Positions 12,721-22,958 of a stretch of DNA of 64,000 nt are shown here, piece after piece. The stretch comes from Alphaproteobacteria bacterium (GTDB lineage: Bacteria > Pseudomonadota > Alphaproteobacteria > Methylaequorales > Methylaequoraceae): contig JBJKUR010000008.1 of NCBI GenBank assembly GCA_045563055.1, positions 131,786-195,785 of the forward strand, given 5' to 3'. A model generated the notes under the pieces. The model was not told where the DNA came from and searched no databases. It worked only from the letters and a program-made list of their open reading frames with translations. Numbering within the stretch: the stretch's first letter is position 1; each line of letters starts with the position of its first letter. A program made the position numbers and the translations under genes.

Positions 12721-13584
12721 TTAAACTGCTTCTGCACCTGATATTATTTCAATTAATTCACTTGTTATTAAAGCTTGTCTTGATCTATTATAAAATAGTG
12801 TCAGATTATCAATCATATCATTTGCATTCCTGGTGGCATTATCCATTGCTGTCATTCTTGAACCTTGTTCACTTGCAAGATTTTCAAGAAGAGCTCTGTG
12901 AATCTGTATTGCAATATTTCTAGGTATAATTTCATTAAGAATAACTTCCTCGTCCGGCTCAAAGTCATAGGATGCATTCAAGCTCTCTGTTTTTTCTTTA
13001 TTATCCAAAGGTAGTATTTGAAAAGATTCAACATTTTGAGAAATTGCGCTTTGGAACTTTGTATATACCAGATGACATTCATCAATTTTATTTTCTAGAA
13101 ACAACTCTATTATTTTATCACGGATTGAGCTAGCCAGATCGAATTTTATCGAGGGATTAGCAATATCTGAAAAAAAGTTTACAATTGAGTTTTCACAACT
13201 TCTTTTTAATGAAAAATATGCTTTTTTTCCTACAAAAATATAGCTGAGGTTTTTACCTTCACTAGATAATTGTTCTGATAATTTTTTGGAAAATTTAATT
13301 ATTGATCCATTAAAACCTCCACATAACCCTCTATCTGCCGAACAAATTATAAGTAGAACATTCTTATTTTCACTTCTGCTCCCAAATTTAAAATTCTGAT
13401 TTTTTTTATTATTTACTAATGAAGAAACAATTTCATCCATCTTATCGGCATATGGTCTAGTTTGTTCAGCATTATCTTGAGCTCTTTTTAGTTTGGCAGC
13501 AGCAACCATCTTCATAGCAGAAGTAATTTTTTTAGTGGACTTGACACTTGATATCCTGTTTCTTAGATCCTTAAGACTTGGCAT
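12721..13584 (-). CDS. atpG: ATP synthase F1 gamma subunit
   Basis: [49 protein letters not shown] used the second ATG (13584) as the start. Confidence 0.98.
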   Translation of the reverse strand: MPSLKDLRNRISSVKSTKKITSAMKMVAAAKLKRAQDNAEQTRPYADKMDEIVSSLVNNKKNQNFKFGSRSENKNVLLIICSADRGLCGGFNGSIIKFSKKLSEQLSSEGKNLSYIFVGKKAYFSLKRSCENSIVNFFSDIANPSIKFDLASSIRDKIIELFLENKIDECHLVYTKFQSAISQNVESFQILPLDNKEKTESLNASYDFEPDEEVILNEIIPRNIAIQIHRALLENLASEQGSRMTAMDNATRNANDMIDNLTLFYNRSRQALITSELIEIISGAEAV

Positions 13585-15121
13585 CATTTTCCTCTAAAAA
13601 CTTTTTTGTATAATCTTCTAAAAATTTTTTTAACTCCACCTCAAGATTCTCATCGAGTGCTTTTTCTTTTGCAATTTTGGCAAGAATTTGTTTTCCATCT
13701 GATCTTAATTTTTCAAGTAAAAATTCTTCAAATCGTGTAATTTTAGATAATTCAATATTATCTAGATAACCTTTAACTCCTGAGTAGATAACAACTACTT
13801 GTTCTTCGACTTTCAATGGAGTGTATTGAGGTTGCTTAAGAATTTCTGTTAATCTTCTACCTCTTTCTAACAAGTTTCTAGTTGACTGATCTAAATCGGA
13901 TGCAAATTGAGAAAATGCTTCCATTTCTCTAAATTGTGCAAGGTCAAGTTTTATAGAGCCAGAAACTTGTTTCATTGCTTTAATTTGAGCAGCAGAGCCA
14001 ACTCTACTAACTGAGAGCCCAACATTAACAGCTGGCCTGATGCCTTTGAAAAATAATTCAGTTTCTAAAAAAATTTGTCCATCAGTTATCGAGATAACAT
14101 TAGTTGGAATATATGCAGAGACATCGCCAGCTTGAGTTTCGATAACGGGAAGTGAAGTCAATGAACCAGAGCCACTTGCATCACCCATTTTAGCAGCTCT
14201 TTCTAATAATCTGGAATGGATATAAAATACATCACCAGGAAAGGCTTCTCGACCCGGGGGTCTTCTAAGTAATAGAGACATTTGACGGTAAGCTACAGCT
14301 TGTTTGGAGAGATCATCATAAAAAATAACAGCATGCATACCATTATCTCGAAAGTATTCTCCCATAGCACAGCCTGTATATGGAGCTAAAAATTGAAGTG
14401 GTGCAGGATCAGAGGCTGTTGCCGCAACAACAATAGAGTATTTCATAGCATCATTATCTTCGAGTGTTTTGACGATCTGCGCGACAGTCGATCTTTTTTG
14501 TCCAATAGACACATAAATACAATATAGTTTGTTTGATTCATCGTCAGATTTATTGATTTCTTTTTGATTAATAATTGTATCAACTATCACAGAAGTTTTA
14601 CCGGTTTGTCTATCTCCAATTATTAGTTCTCTTTGACCTCTTCCTATTGGAATTAGACTGTCGATGGCTTTGATTCCCGTTTGCATTGGTTCATGAACTG
14701 ATTTTCTGGGTATGATTCCTGGAGCCTTAAGTTCAGCTCTTCTATATTTAACATCTTTTAGGGGACCTTTCCCATCTATAGGGTTTCCAAGACCATCAAC
14801 AACTCTACCTAATAAAGACTTACCTGTTGGAACTTCTACTATAGATTCAGTCCTTTTTACAATATCACCCTCTTTAATTGATTTATCACTTCCAAAAATA
14901 ACAACGCCCACGTTATCATCCTCTAAATTAAGCGCCATTCCCTTAACTTTTCCAGGAAACTCAACCATTTCTCCAGCTTGAACATTGTCCAGGCCATATA
15001 CTCTTGCTATTCCGTCTCCAACTGTAAGAACGGTTCCAACCTCCGAAATTTTTGGATCCTCTCCTAAATCTTTGATTTCCGATTTAAGTATTGCTGATAT
15101 TTCAGATGCATCGATTGTCAT
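13571..15121 (-). CDS. atpA: ATP synthase F1 alpha subunit
   Basis: [29 protein letters not shown]. Confidence 0.99.
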   Translation of the reverse strand: MTIDASEISAILKSEIKDLGEDPKISEVGTVLTVGDGIARVYGLDNVQAGEMVEFPGKVKGMALNLEDDNVGVVIFGSDKSIKEGDIVKRTESIVEVPTGKSLLGRVVDGLGNPIDGKGPLKDVKYRRAELKAPGIIPRKSVHEPMQTGIKAIDSLIPIGRGQRELIIGDRQTGKTSVIVDTIINQKEINKSDDESNKLYCIYVSIGQKRSTVAQIVKTLEDNDAMKYSIVVAATASDPAPLQFLAPYTGCAMGEYFRDNGMHAVIFYDDLSKQAVAYRQMSLLLRRPPGREAFPGDVFYIHSRLLERAAKMGDASGSGSLTSLPVIETQAGDVSAYIPTNVISITDGQIFLETELFFKGIRPAVNVGLSVSRVGSAAQIKAMKQVSGSIKLDLAQFREMEAFSQFASDLDQSTRNLLERGRRLTEILKQPQYTPLKVEEQVVVIYSGVKGYLDNIELSKITRFEEFLLEKLRSDGKQILAKIAKEKALDENLEVELKKFLEDYTKKFLEENDAKS

Positions 15122-15136
15122 TAAGATATCCTTTCG

Positions 15137-15679
15137 TTAGGTTTTAAAGTTAGTGAGCTTTGATTTGATTGAATTATCAATCATCATTGATTTTATTTTT
15201 ATGATTATACCCCCTATAATATCTTTTTTTACTATTTTTTTTAGTTTGATTTTGATATTTAGTGAATTCATAAGTTTCTCTTTAATAGAATCTTGAGCTT
15301 TCTGGGTTAGAGCTTCCGAGGTAATAACTTCAACTTCTGTCAAACCATTTTCCTCATCTATAATTTTATTAAATTCTTTAAAAATTTTTTGATAATATAG
15401 AATTTTTCTATGTTTTGTAAGTACGTTTATAAATCCCATAAAACATTCATTATACTCGGCTTTTGAACAAATTTTTGTAAGTACTTTTGATTTTTTATTT
15501 GCATTTATGAGTGGGTTTGAAATAAATCGAAAGAAAGGATCTGAATTTTTAATTAAATCACATAATTCTGCAAAATTTTTGTTGATTTGTTCAAGCTCTT
15601 TCTTATTAGATGACGAGAGGATCAGAGCTTTTGCGTATCTATTACAAATCTCATTGGTGTATTGTGAATTCTTTGTCAA
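15137..15679 (-). CDS. atpH: ATP synthase F1 delta subunit
   Basis: RYAKAL, NP, IIGGIII...MIDNSIK; position upstream of atpA. Confidence 0.93.
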   Translation of the reverse strand: MTKNSQYTNEICNRYAKALILSSSNKKELEQINKNFAELCDLIKNSDPFFRFISNPLINANKKSKVLTKICSKAEYNECFMGFINVLTKHRKILYYQKIFKEFNKIIDEENGLTEVEVITSEALTQKAQDSIKEKLMNSLNIKIKLKKIVKKDIIGGIIIKIKSMMIDNSIKSKLTNFKT

Positions 15680-15746
15680 ATGTATGCCTTAAATTTAAAA
15701 CTTGTTATTACCATAAGAAGAGTTTTATATCAATATTTGAAAATTT

Positions 15747-17715
15747 TTATATAAAGTTTATTGGATCTACGTCTATATACAATTTTAATTCCTTAGGAAC
15801 ATCAATTTTCATGAGAAAATCTTTTATTTTTTTTTGTTCTTTAAAATTTTTATTTAATTTAATAAGAATTCTATATCTAAATTTCAGGTTTTTCTTAAAT
15901 AAAATAGCTGGTGCAGGTCCAAATGTTGATAAATTTCTAAAGCTTTCTCTGATTAATTTAATTATTCTTTGAGAAAAATTAATAACTGATCTTTCTTTTT
16001 TGGAAGAAACAATAACAGATATTTGTCTCACAAATGGTGGATGATCATTTTCTTTTCTTGATTTTAGTTCCCAGGTATTAAATAAATCAACATCTTGATG
16101 CTTACAGTGTTCCATGACTGGATGATTTGGCTGAAAAGTCTGGATAAAAACCTCTCCATCAAGATTTACTCTCCCAGCACGTCCTCCAACTTGAATTATT
16201 TGCTGAAAAGTTTTTTCGTATGATCTAAAATTAAAATCACTTATTAAATTATCTATATTTATAATTCCCACGGTTTTGAGCGAAGGAAAGTTATGTCCTT
16301 TTGAGATTAATTGGGTTCCAATAATAATGTCTATCTCATTAGATGTAATTTTGGAAATAGTATCTTTAAAAACAGTTGTGCTTTTAGTTTTATCACTTGA
16401 AAGCAAACACTTTTTTGCGGTAGGAAATAATTTTTCTACTGATTCATATACTTTTTCAATTCCTAACCCAGGGTAATAGAAATTGTCTTTACTATCACAT
16501 TTTGAACATACCTTTTTAAAAATCTCTTTATGATTACAATGGTGACATAAAAAATAACTGCTATTTTTATTTTTAAAATCATGTAATACCAAGCTAGTGT
16601 TACAGTTTTTACATGATTTGACAAAACCACAACTTTTACAAATAACAAAAGGAGCATAGCCTCTTTTATTTATAAAAATTAAAGTTTGATAATTATTTTT
16701 AATATTTTCCTGAATACTATTCACCAGCCTCGTTGAAATTATATTTTTTTCCTTTTTCATATCTACAATTTGAACTTTTGGTAGTGGAGAGTTGTTAAAT
16801 CGTTTTGAGAGTTTAAAACTTAAAAATTTTTTTTGTGCTACATTCCAAAATGACTCAAGAGATGGTGTCGCAGAACTTAGAATAATCATACAATTAGAGT
16901 TTTTAGCTCTTACTATCGCAAAGTCTCTTGCATTTATAATAATCTGTTCTTCCTGTTTGTAAGAACTATCATGTTCTTCATCAATTACAATTAATCCAAG
17001 ATTTGAAAATGGTAGAAACAAAGCTGATCTTGTCCCAATAACTAATTTTAATTTTTTATTATTAGTTTGTGACCAAATTTGTTCTCTTCTTTTTTTATTA
17101 ATTGATGAATGATAGATAGCAATGTTAATTGAAAAATCCTTTTTAATTTCTTCGACCCACTGTGTTGTTAAAATAATCTCTGGAACAAGGATCAAACATT
17201 GATACCCTTTTTCAAGAGCCTCTCTAACTTTGTGCATGTAGACCCTGGTCTTTCCGGAGCCTGTGACGCCTTGTAACAAAATTGTATTAAATTTTTTAAA
17301 ATTTATTTTTTTTAAGTTTGTAATCACATTTTTTTGATTGAAATTTAAACTTAATTTTTTTTTCTTACTTGTAAATAATTCCTCTTCAACATCCAAAAAT
17401 TTTGAATTATTTTGAGGAAAACTCGATAAAAATAACTTCAGAATCATAGAAGAGTGATTGCAACTGTAAGCACTTATAAAATTAATACTTTCGAGTATTT
17501 CTTGATTAAACTTAAGGTTATCAAATACTTTTCTTACATTTTTAAGAGGTCTATCAATTTTTTTTAATACATTTATGATTTATAACAAGGCCAACCAAAA
17601 TTTTTTTGCCAAATTCAACCTCTACCAATGATCCAGCTTTGACTAAATCAAAATCTTCCACAGTATAATAAAAAGTCTTTCTTATTGGTAGAGGCAGTAA
17701 AATCTCACATATCAT
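15747..17715 (-). CDS. priA: Primosomal protein N' (PriA), split by one frameshift at about 17558-17583
   Basis: Main ORF has GVTGSGKT, DEEH, SATPS and two Cys clusters. The missing N-terminus (MICEILLPLPIRKTFYY...GSLVEVEFGKKILVGLV) reads from the ATG at 17715 in another frame and joins ...KKIDRPLKNV if one base is removed. Confidence 0.93.
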
Positions 17716-17781
17716 TTTTAAATTATAGCAAATAATTTTATATAATATTGTTTAATTTCTTCTAAGATATTAATATTAAAA

Positions 17782-18441
17782 ATGATTAAAAAAAAATTAA
17801 AAGTTAATCAGGTTATAGATTATCTTGAAAACAATCCTAATTTCTTTTTAGAAAATACCAAAGTTCTTAAAAACATTAATTTCCCGTTAAATAACAGTGA
17901 ATCTGATAATGATAATTCTGACGTTATACAATTTAAAGATTGGCTAATAAAAAATTTAAAAATAAAACAAAAAAATATCATAGAAAATGCCAAACACAAT
18001 TTTTTAACTCAGAATAAAATACATCAATCAATTTTGAAAATTCTCAAAAAGAAAAACTTAATCGATTTTTTTAGATATTTAATTCAAGTTCTTCCCCATG
18101 ATTTTGATCTGGAAATAATTAATGTTGTGACATCCAAAAAAAGTTTATCTGACACATATAACCTAATCCTTCTTGAGGAAATAGTCATTGAAGACTTGTA
18201 TGGTAACGAAAATCAATTAATAATGGATGCTTCAGATAAGCAAAGTGGCATTTTTAAAGACAAAAGTGAATTAATTTACTCAAATGCAATTTTCTCCATG
18301 AAATTTGAAATCTTTGATTCAAAGTCTCTATTAGTATTTGGCAGCAAAAATAAACACTTCATTGATAATAGAGCTTACGATTTAATACTTTTTTTTTCAA
18401 ATGTAATCCAGGAAAAACTTTTTCAATTATTCAATAAATAA
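17782..18441 (+). CDS. DUF484 (YigA-like) family protein
   Basis: VIDYLENNPNFF N-terminus, ..LLVFGS..F C-terminus; conserved position upstream of xerC. Confidence 0.8.
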   Translation: MIKKKLKVNQVIDYLENNPNFFLENTKVLKNINFPLNNSESDNDNSDVIQFKDWLIKNLKIKQKNIIENAKHNFLTQNKIHQSILKILKKKNLIDFFRYLIQVLPHDFDLEIINVVTSKKSLSDTYNLILLEEIVIEDLYGNENQLIMDASDKQSGIFKDKSELIYSNAIFSMKFEIFDSKSLLVFGSKNKHFIDNRAYDLILFFSNVIQEKLFQLFNK

Positions 18442-18443
18442 AA

Positions 18444-19340
18444 ATGAGCTCTTTTTTTGAAGAATGGAAAACATGGATTAAGAGTCAAAAAAGATTAAGT
18501 AATAACACAATTTCTTCCTACACTAGAGATCTTAGAGCATTTAATATTTTTATTAAAAGTTTTAAAAACTCAAAATTAAATCTTAAAATTCTCTCTGAAT
18601 TAGATGAAGACGATTTGTCTGCATGGTTTTATGAGAGGTTAAAGAATAGTATTAGCCATAGATCAAATGCCAGGGCATTATCAGCATTAAAAAGTTTTAT
18701 GAATTATTTAATTAAAGCTAATGTTATAAAGAATTCTAAAATCTTAACAATTAAGGGTCCCAAATTTTTAGAATCATTACCTCGTCCACTTTCATCAAAA
18801 CAGATTCAAAAAATTATTGCAGAAATCAAAAATGGAAAAGTTAAATGGATAATTATGAGAAATCTCTCAATAATAATTTTGATGTGGGGTTACGGGCTTA
18901 GAATAAGCGAAACGCTTAATATTAAAGTTAGTGACCTTTTAAGAAGTGAATTAAGAGTTATTGGTAAAGGACAAAAAGTTAGACTTATTCCTATGCGTGA
19001 GGAACTCGTTAGTTTTATCTTTAAGATGTTAGAAAACATGCCGTTCATATATAAGGATGATAGTTTCGTATTTTTGGGTGAGAAGGGTAAAAAATTAAAG
19101 CCAGAAATAATTCAAAGAGTTATCAGAGAAATAAGGAATAAATGCCTGTTGCCAGATAATACGACCCCTCACTCATTAAGACATACATTTGCAACTGAAT
19201 TATTACATAACCTTGTTGACCTAAGGTACATTCAAGAACTGCTTGGTCATTCTTCTTTATCTACTACGCAGAAATATACTTCGGTGGATAGCGAACATTT
19301 AAAAAATATTTTAGAAAAAAAACATCCAAGAGCTGGATGA
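18444..19340 (+). CDS. xerC: Tyrosine recombinase XerC
   Basis: GLRISE, GKG.K.R, TPHSLRHTFAT, IQELLGHSSLSTTQKYT; priA-DUF484-xerC synteny. Confidence 0.9.
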   Translation: MSSFFEEWKTWIKSQKRLSNNTISSYTRDLRAFNIFIKSFKNSKLNLKILSELDEDDLSAWFYERLKNSISHRSNARALSALKSFMNYLIKANVIKNSKILTIKGPKFLESLPRPLSSKQIQKIIAEIKNGKVKWIIMRNLSIIILMWGYGLRISETLNIKVSDLLRSELRVIGKGQKVRLIPMREELVSFIFKMLENMPFIYKDDSFVFLGEKGKKLKPEIIQRVIREIRNKCLLPDNTTPHSLRHTFATELLHNLVDLRYIQELLGHSSLSTTQKYTSVDSEHLKNILEKKHPRAG

Positions 19341-19341
19341 G

Positions 19342-19866
19342 TTATGAAGTTTCATATCTGAATGTTAATTTCATTTGACCAGCAACTTTTACCATTTGGG
19401 ATAGGCATTGAGGAGCATTCTCTTCTCTAATAGAAATTGCAAATCTGCATATATATTGAACTTTATCAGGAAAAGTGATTTTTTCAGTGTTCATTCTAAC
19501 GATCAACGCGTTATTATCGTCAAGTGTCTCAATTACCTTATTAAGTAAACCTTTTTGGTCTTCTCCTGACAGTACTATCCTATGGGTAATTTTTGTCGTT
19601 GGTCCTGCATCGGCATAGCTTTCAAGCGCTTTAATTTTAAACTCACCATTTTTTGTGGATTCAAGGTCTTCCAATCCTTGTTTTATTTGATCAAGTTCTA
19701 GATTTTCCGGTTTTTGATAAACCATTGTCAATTCGCATACTCGACCAAGCGTAGCAAATGTAACACCAGAAAATTCTCCACCAAGATCTGTCAGATAAGA
19801 TGTGATGTTGGAGATTAGATTAGGCTTATTCTCACCCAAAAAAGAAATGATAGCATTGGTAATCAT
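19342..19866 (-). CDS. Tandem ACT-domain protein (GcvR-like)
   Basis: Two ACT-like repeats, ISFLGENKPNLISNIT and IVLSGEDQKGLLNKV; 174 aa, similar in size to GcvR. Confidence 0.75.
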   Translation of the reverse strand: MITNAIISFLGENKPNLISNITSYLTDLGGEFSGVTFATLGRVCELTMVYQKPENLELDQIKQGLEDLESTKNGEFKIKALESYADAGPTTKITHRIVLSGEDQKGLLNKVIETLDDNNALIVRMNTEKITFPDKVQYICRFAISIREENAPQCLSQMVKVAGQMKLTFRYETS

Positions 19867-19868
19867 AT

Positions 19869-20744
19869 TTAAATCTTTAAAGCCTTTCTCATTGCATCTC
19901 CAATTCTTGTTATAGTATCAGAAACTTCCACACCTGCCGAGCGAAGTGCTTCTTTTTTTGCATCTGCGGTCTCATCACCGCTGTTTACTATTGCTCCTGC
20001 GTGACCTAACTTTCTACCCTTAGGTGCAGCTGCGCCAGCCACAAAAGCAGCAACCGGTTTATTATGGGTACCTTTCCATGTTCTAATGAATTCAGCTCCA
20101 TCAATTTCTGCTGTTCCACCTATTTCTCCGATCAAAACAATCCCGTCTGTGTTTGGATCATCAAGAAATAATTCGAGTGCATCAACGAAATTTGTTCCAT
20201 TTACCGGGTCTCCACCGATACCTATTATAGTGGATTGACCGAGCTCTGAGGTTTGAACTGCTGATTCATATGATAATGTTCCTGATCTTGATACAACGCC
20301 AATTCTTCCAGGTTTGCATATGTGACCTGGAATGATTCCTATCTTACCAACACCAGGTGTTAGGACCCCTGGGCAATTTGGACCAACTAGTCTGGTTTTA
20401 CAACCTCTCATCTCTCTTTTTACTCTTTGCATATCACTTGTTGGTATACCGTCTGTTATACAAACAACAAGATCTAGCTCTGCTTCTACTGATTCGAGTA
20501 TTGCGTCCGCTGCAAATGGCGGCGGAACAAAAACTCCGCTTGCATTACATCCTGTTACTTTCTTCGCTTCCGCAACAGTATTAAAAACTGGAACATTTAA
20601 GTGAGTCGTGCCGCCCTTCTCAGGTGTTACCCCCCCAACAATATTTGTATTATATTCTATTGCCCTTTCAGAATGAAAAGTACCTTGAGCACCTGTAAAA
20701 CCTTGACAAATTATCTTTGATGATTTTGTTAGTAGAACGGACAC
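19869..20744 (-). CDS. sucD: Succinate/malate--CoA ligase alpha subunit (SucD family, divergent)
   Basis: QGFTG..GTFH, GPNCPG, SRSGTL, GIGGDP, GEIGG, GHAGA phospho-His. Non-canonical ITDGIP and KLGHAGA; substrate uncertain. Confidence 0.8.
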   Translation of the reverse strand: MSVLLTKSSKIICQGFTGAQGTFHSERAIEYNTNIVGGVTPEKGGTTHLNVPVFNTVAEAKKVTGCNASGVFVPPPFAADAILESVEAELDLVVCITDGIPTSDMQRVKREMRGCKTRLVGPNCPGVLTPGVGKIGIIPGHICKPGRIGVVSRSGTLSYESAVQTSELGQSTIIGIGGDPVNGTNFVDALELFLDDPNTDGIVLIGEIGGTAEIDGAEFIRTWKGTHNKPVAAFVAGAAAPKGRKLGHAGAIVNSGDETADAKKEALRSAGVEVSDTITRIGDAMRKALKI

Positions 20745-21913
20745 TATGAACTCTCCTTAACCATAGCAACAACATCTTTTGCTGCTTGTTCCATTGTATC
20801 TACTGGTTTGATAGGAAAACCAGAATTATTAAGTATATCCATTCCCATATCTACATTAGTACCTTCTAACCTCACAACCAATGGTTTGTCTAGACCAACT
20901 TCCTTTGAAGCATTCACAAGTCCTGTTGCTATATCGTTGCATCTCATCATACCTCCGAATATGTTTATAAGAATTCCTTTAACATCTGGATCTCTGTATA
21001 TTAACTTGAAAGCTGCAGCAACTCTGTCAGGAGTGGCAGCCCCAGCCACATCCATAAAATTAGCTGCATCACCACCGTAAAATTTTATAATATCCATAGT
21101 TGCCATTGATAAGCCAGCACCGTTAACCATTAATCCAATATTTCCATCTAGCTTTACATAATTTAAGTCGTGTCTTGCAGCCTCTAGCTCTAAGGAATCA
21201 TATTCATGTTCGTCTTTCATCTCCGCAACACCTCTCTGCCTATATAGAGCATTATCATCAAAAGATGCTTTACAATCTAAAATTACAATATCGTCATCTT
21301 TTGTAACTGCAAATGGATTAACTTCAATCATAGCTGCATCAAGCGAAACGAAAGCTTTATATATTGAAAGTATGTTCTTTTGAGCTTTTTTTGCAGGAAG
21401 ACCTGTTAACCCTAGATTATAAACAATTGTTCTAGCATGATGAGTGAGTAAATCAGCACCTGGAGCTATTTTCATTTTAAAGATTTCTTCAGGATTTTTC
21501 TCAGAAACTTCTTCGATATTTACTCCACCCTTCTTGGAGTACATGATTGTATTCCCCCCAGTTTCCCTATCAACAGTAATGCAGATGTAAAGTTCATTTT
21601 TAATGTCATAACCCTTTTCTAGGTAGACTCTCCTTACAATTTTTCCTGCTTCTGATGTCTGTGGAGTAACAATCTTCATGCCTATCATTTTATCTACTGT
21701 TTGGACAACCTCATCATTATTTGTACATACCTTAACACCACCAGCTTTACCTCTTCCACCAGCATGAACTTGTGCTTTCACAACAATTTTTTCTTCATTT
21801 AACCATAAAACAATATTTTCTGCTTCATGTGTCTGATAAACCACTTCTCCTGGTGGAATATTAACTCCAAACTTGGCTAATAGTTGTTTAGCTTGATATT
21901 CATGAATGTCCAT
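20744..21913 (-). CDS. sucC: Succinate/malate--CoA ligase beta subunit (SucC family, divergent)
   Basis: [45 protein letters not shown]. Non-canonical NFMDVAGAA and IFGGMMRCN; substrate uncertain. Confidence 0.8.
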   Translation of the reverse strand: MDIHEYQAKQLLAKFGVNIPPGEVVYQTHEAENIVLWLNEEKIVVKAQVHAGGRGKAGGVKVCTNNDEVVQTVDKMIGMKIVTPQTSEAGKIVRRVYLEKGYDIKNELYICITVDRETGGNTIMYSKKGGVNIEEVSEKNPEEIFKMKIAPGADLLTHHARTIVYNLGLTGLPAKKAQKNILSIYKAFVSLDAAMIEVNPFAVTKDDDIVILDCKASFDDNALYRQRGVAEMKDEHEYDSLELEAARHDLNYVKLDGNIGLMVNGAGLSMATMDIIKFYGGDAANFMDVAGAATPDRVAAAFKLIYRDPDVKGILINIFGGMMRCNDIATGLVNASKEVGLDKPLVVRLEGTNVDMGMDILNNSGFPIKPVDTMEQAAKDVVAMVKESS

Positions 21914-21983
21914 TTAATTCCTTTACTATAAAAGTTTAGATCCAATCATCTCGAAATTTGCGAATATATATGAATTTTTTTGT

Positions 21984-22931
21984 TTAGACCAGCAGTTTTT
22001 TACATTTTTCGAGAAGTTCTTCAACTGCTACAACTGATTTTGAAAACTGACTTTTGGTTTCATTTGACAATTCTAACTCAATAATCTTTTCAACTCCATT
22101 GCGACCTATTATGACTGGAACTCCAACGAATATGTCTTTGTATCCATACTCACCATTTAAATACGCGGAGCAGGGTAAAACTTTCTTTTGGTTGTACAAA
22201 TATGCTTCTAGCATTTCAATGGCGCTACAAGCTGGCGAGAAAAAAGCTGAGCTATTTTTCATAAGTGACACTATTTCTCCACCTCCATTTCTTGTTCTTT
22301 TAACAATTTCATCTATGGAACTTTTTGAGGTATATCCCTTTTTTATTAGATCTTGTAATGGAATTCCACTTATGGATGTGAAATCAAGAAGTGGTACCAT
22401 TGTATCTCCATGACCTCCCAAAACCATTGTCTGAATGTTTTCCACTGAAATGTTTAATTCTTGAGACAGAAAATATCTAAATCTTGCTGAATCGAGTATT
22501 CCAGCCATTCCACATATCATACTAGAATTAACCCCACATATATTTTTTAAAGACCAAACCATGGCATCTAGAGGGTTGGTAACACATATTATGAATGAAT
22601 CTGGTGCATATTTTTTAATTGAGTTTCCGATATCTGACATAATTTTAAAATTTGTTTCAATGAGGTCATCTCTGCTCATACCAGGCTTGCGAGCAATACC
22701 TGCAGTGATAATTATAGCTTCACTATTTTTAATTTGAGAAATATCTGTGGTACCTAGAACAGTGTTATTCAAGTTTTCTATCGGAAAGCTCTGTGATAAA
22801 TCAAGGCACTTACCCTCAGCAAGACCGTCAACAACGTCAACCATAACAACTTGATCGATCTGTTTTCGACTAAGGTTGTAAGCTAAAATTGTACCAATAT
22901 TTCCAGCACCTATAAGACTAACTTTTATCAA
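21984..22931 (-). CDS. mdh: Malate dehydrogenase (LDH-like), TTG start
   Basis: GAGNIG, AGIARKPGMSRDDL, TNPLD, LDSARF, LGGHGD, RTRNGGGEIV. Confidence 0.96.
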   Translation of the reverse strand: MIKVSLIGAGNIGTILAYNLSRKQIDQVVMVDVVDGLAEGKCLDLSQSFPIENLNNTVLGTTDISQIKNSEAIIITAGIARKPGMSRDDLIETNFKIMSDIGNSIKKYAPDSFIICVTNPLDAMVWSLKNICGVNSSMICGMAGILDSARFRYFLSQELNISVENIQTMVLGGHGDTMVPLLDFTSISGIPLQDLIKKGYTSKSSIDEIVKRTRNGGGEIVSLMKNSSAFFSPACSAIEMLEAYLYNQKKVLPCSAYLNGEYGYKDIFVGVPVIIGRNGVEKIIELELSNETKSQFSKSVVAVEELLEKCKKLLV

Positions 22932-22958
22932 ACCTAACTCCTTGTCAATTAATAAAGT

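Noticed and set aside
18444-19340. Tyrosine recombinase as the integrase of a mobile element
   Set aside because: XerC-like size and motifs in the conserved priA-DUF484-xerC context, with no att repeats, tRNA or cargo genes.
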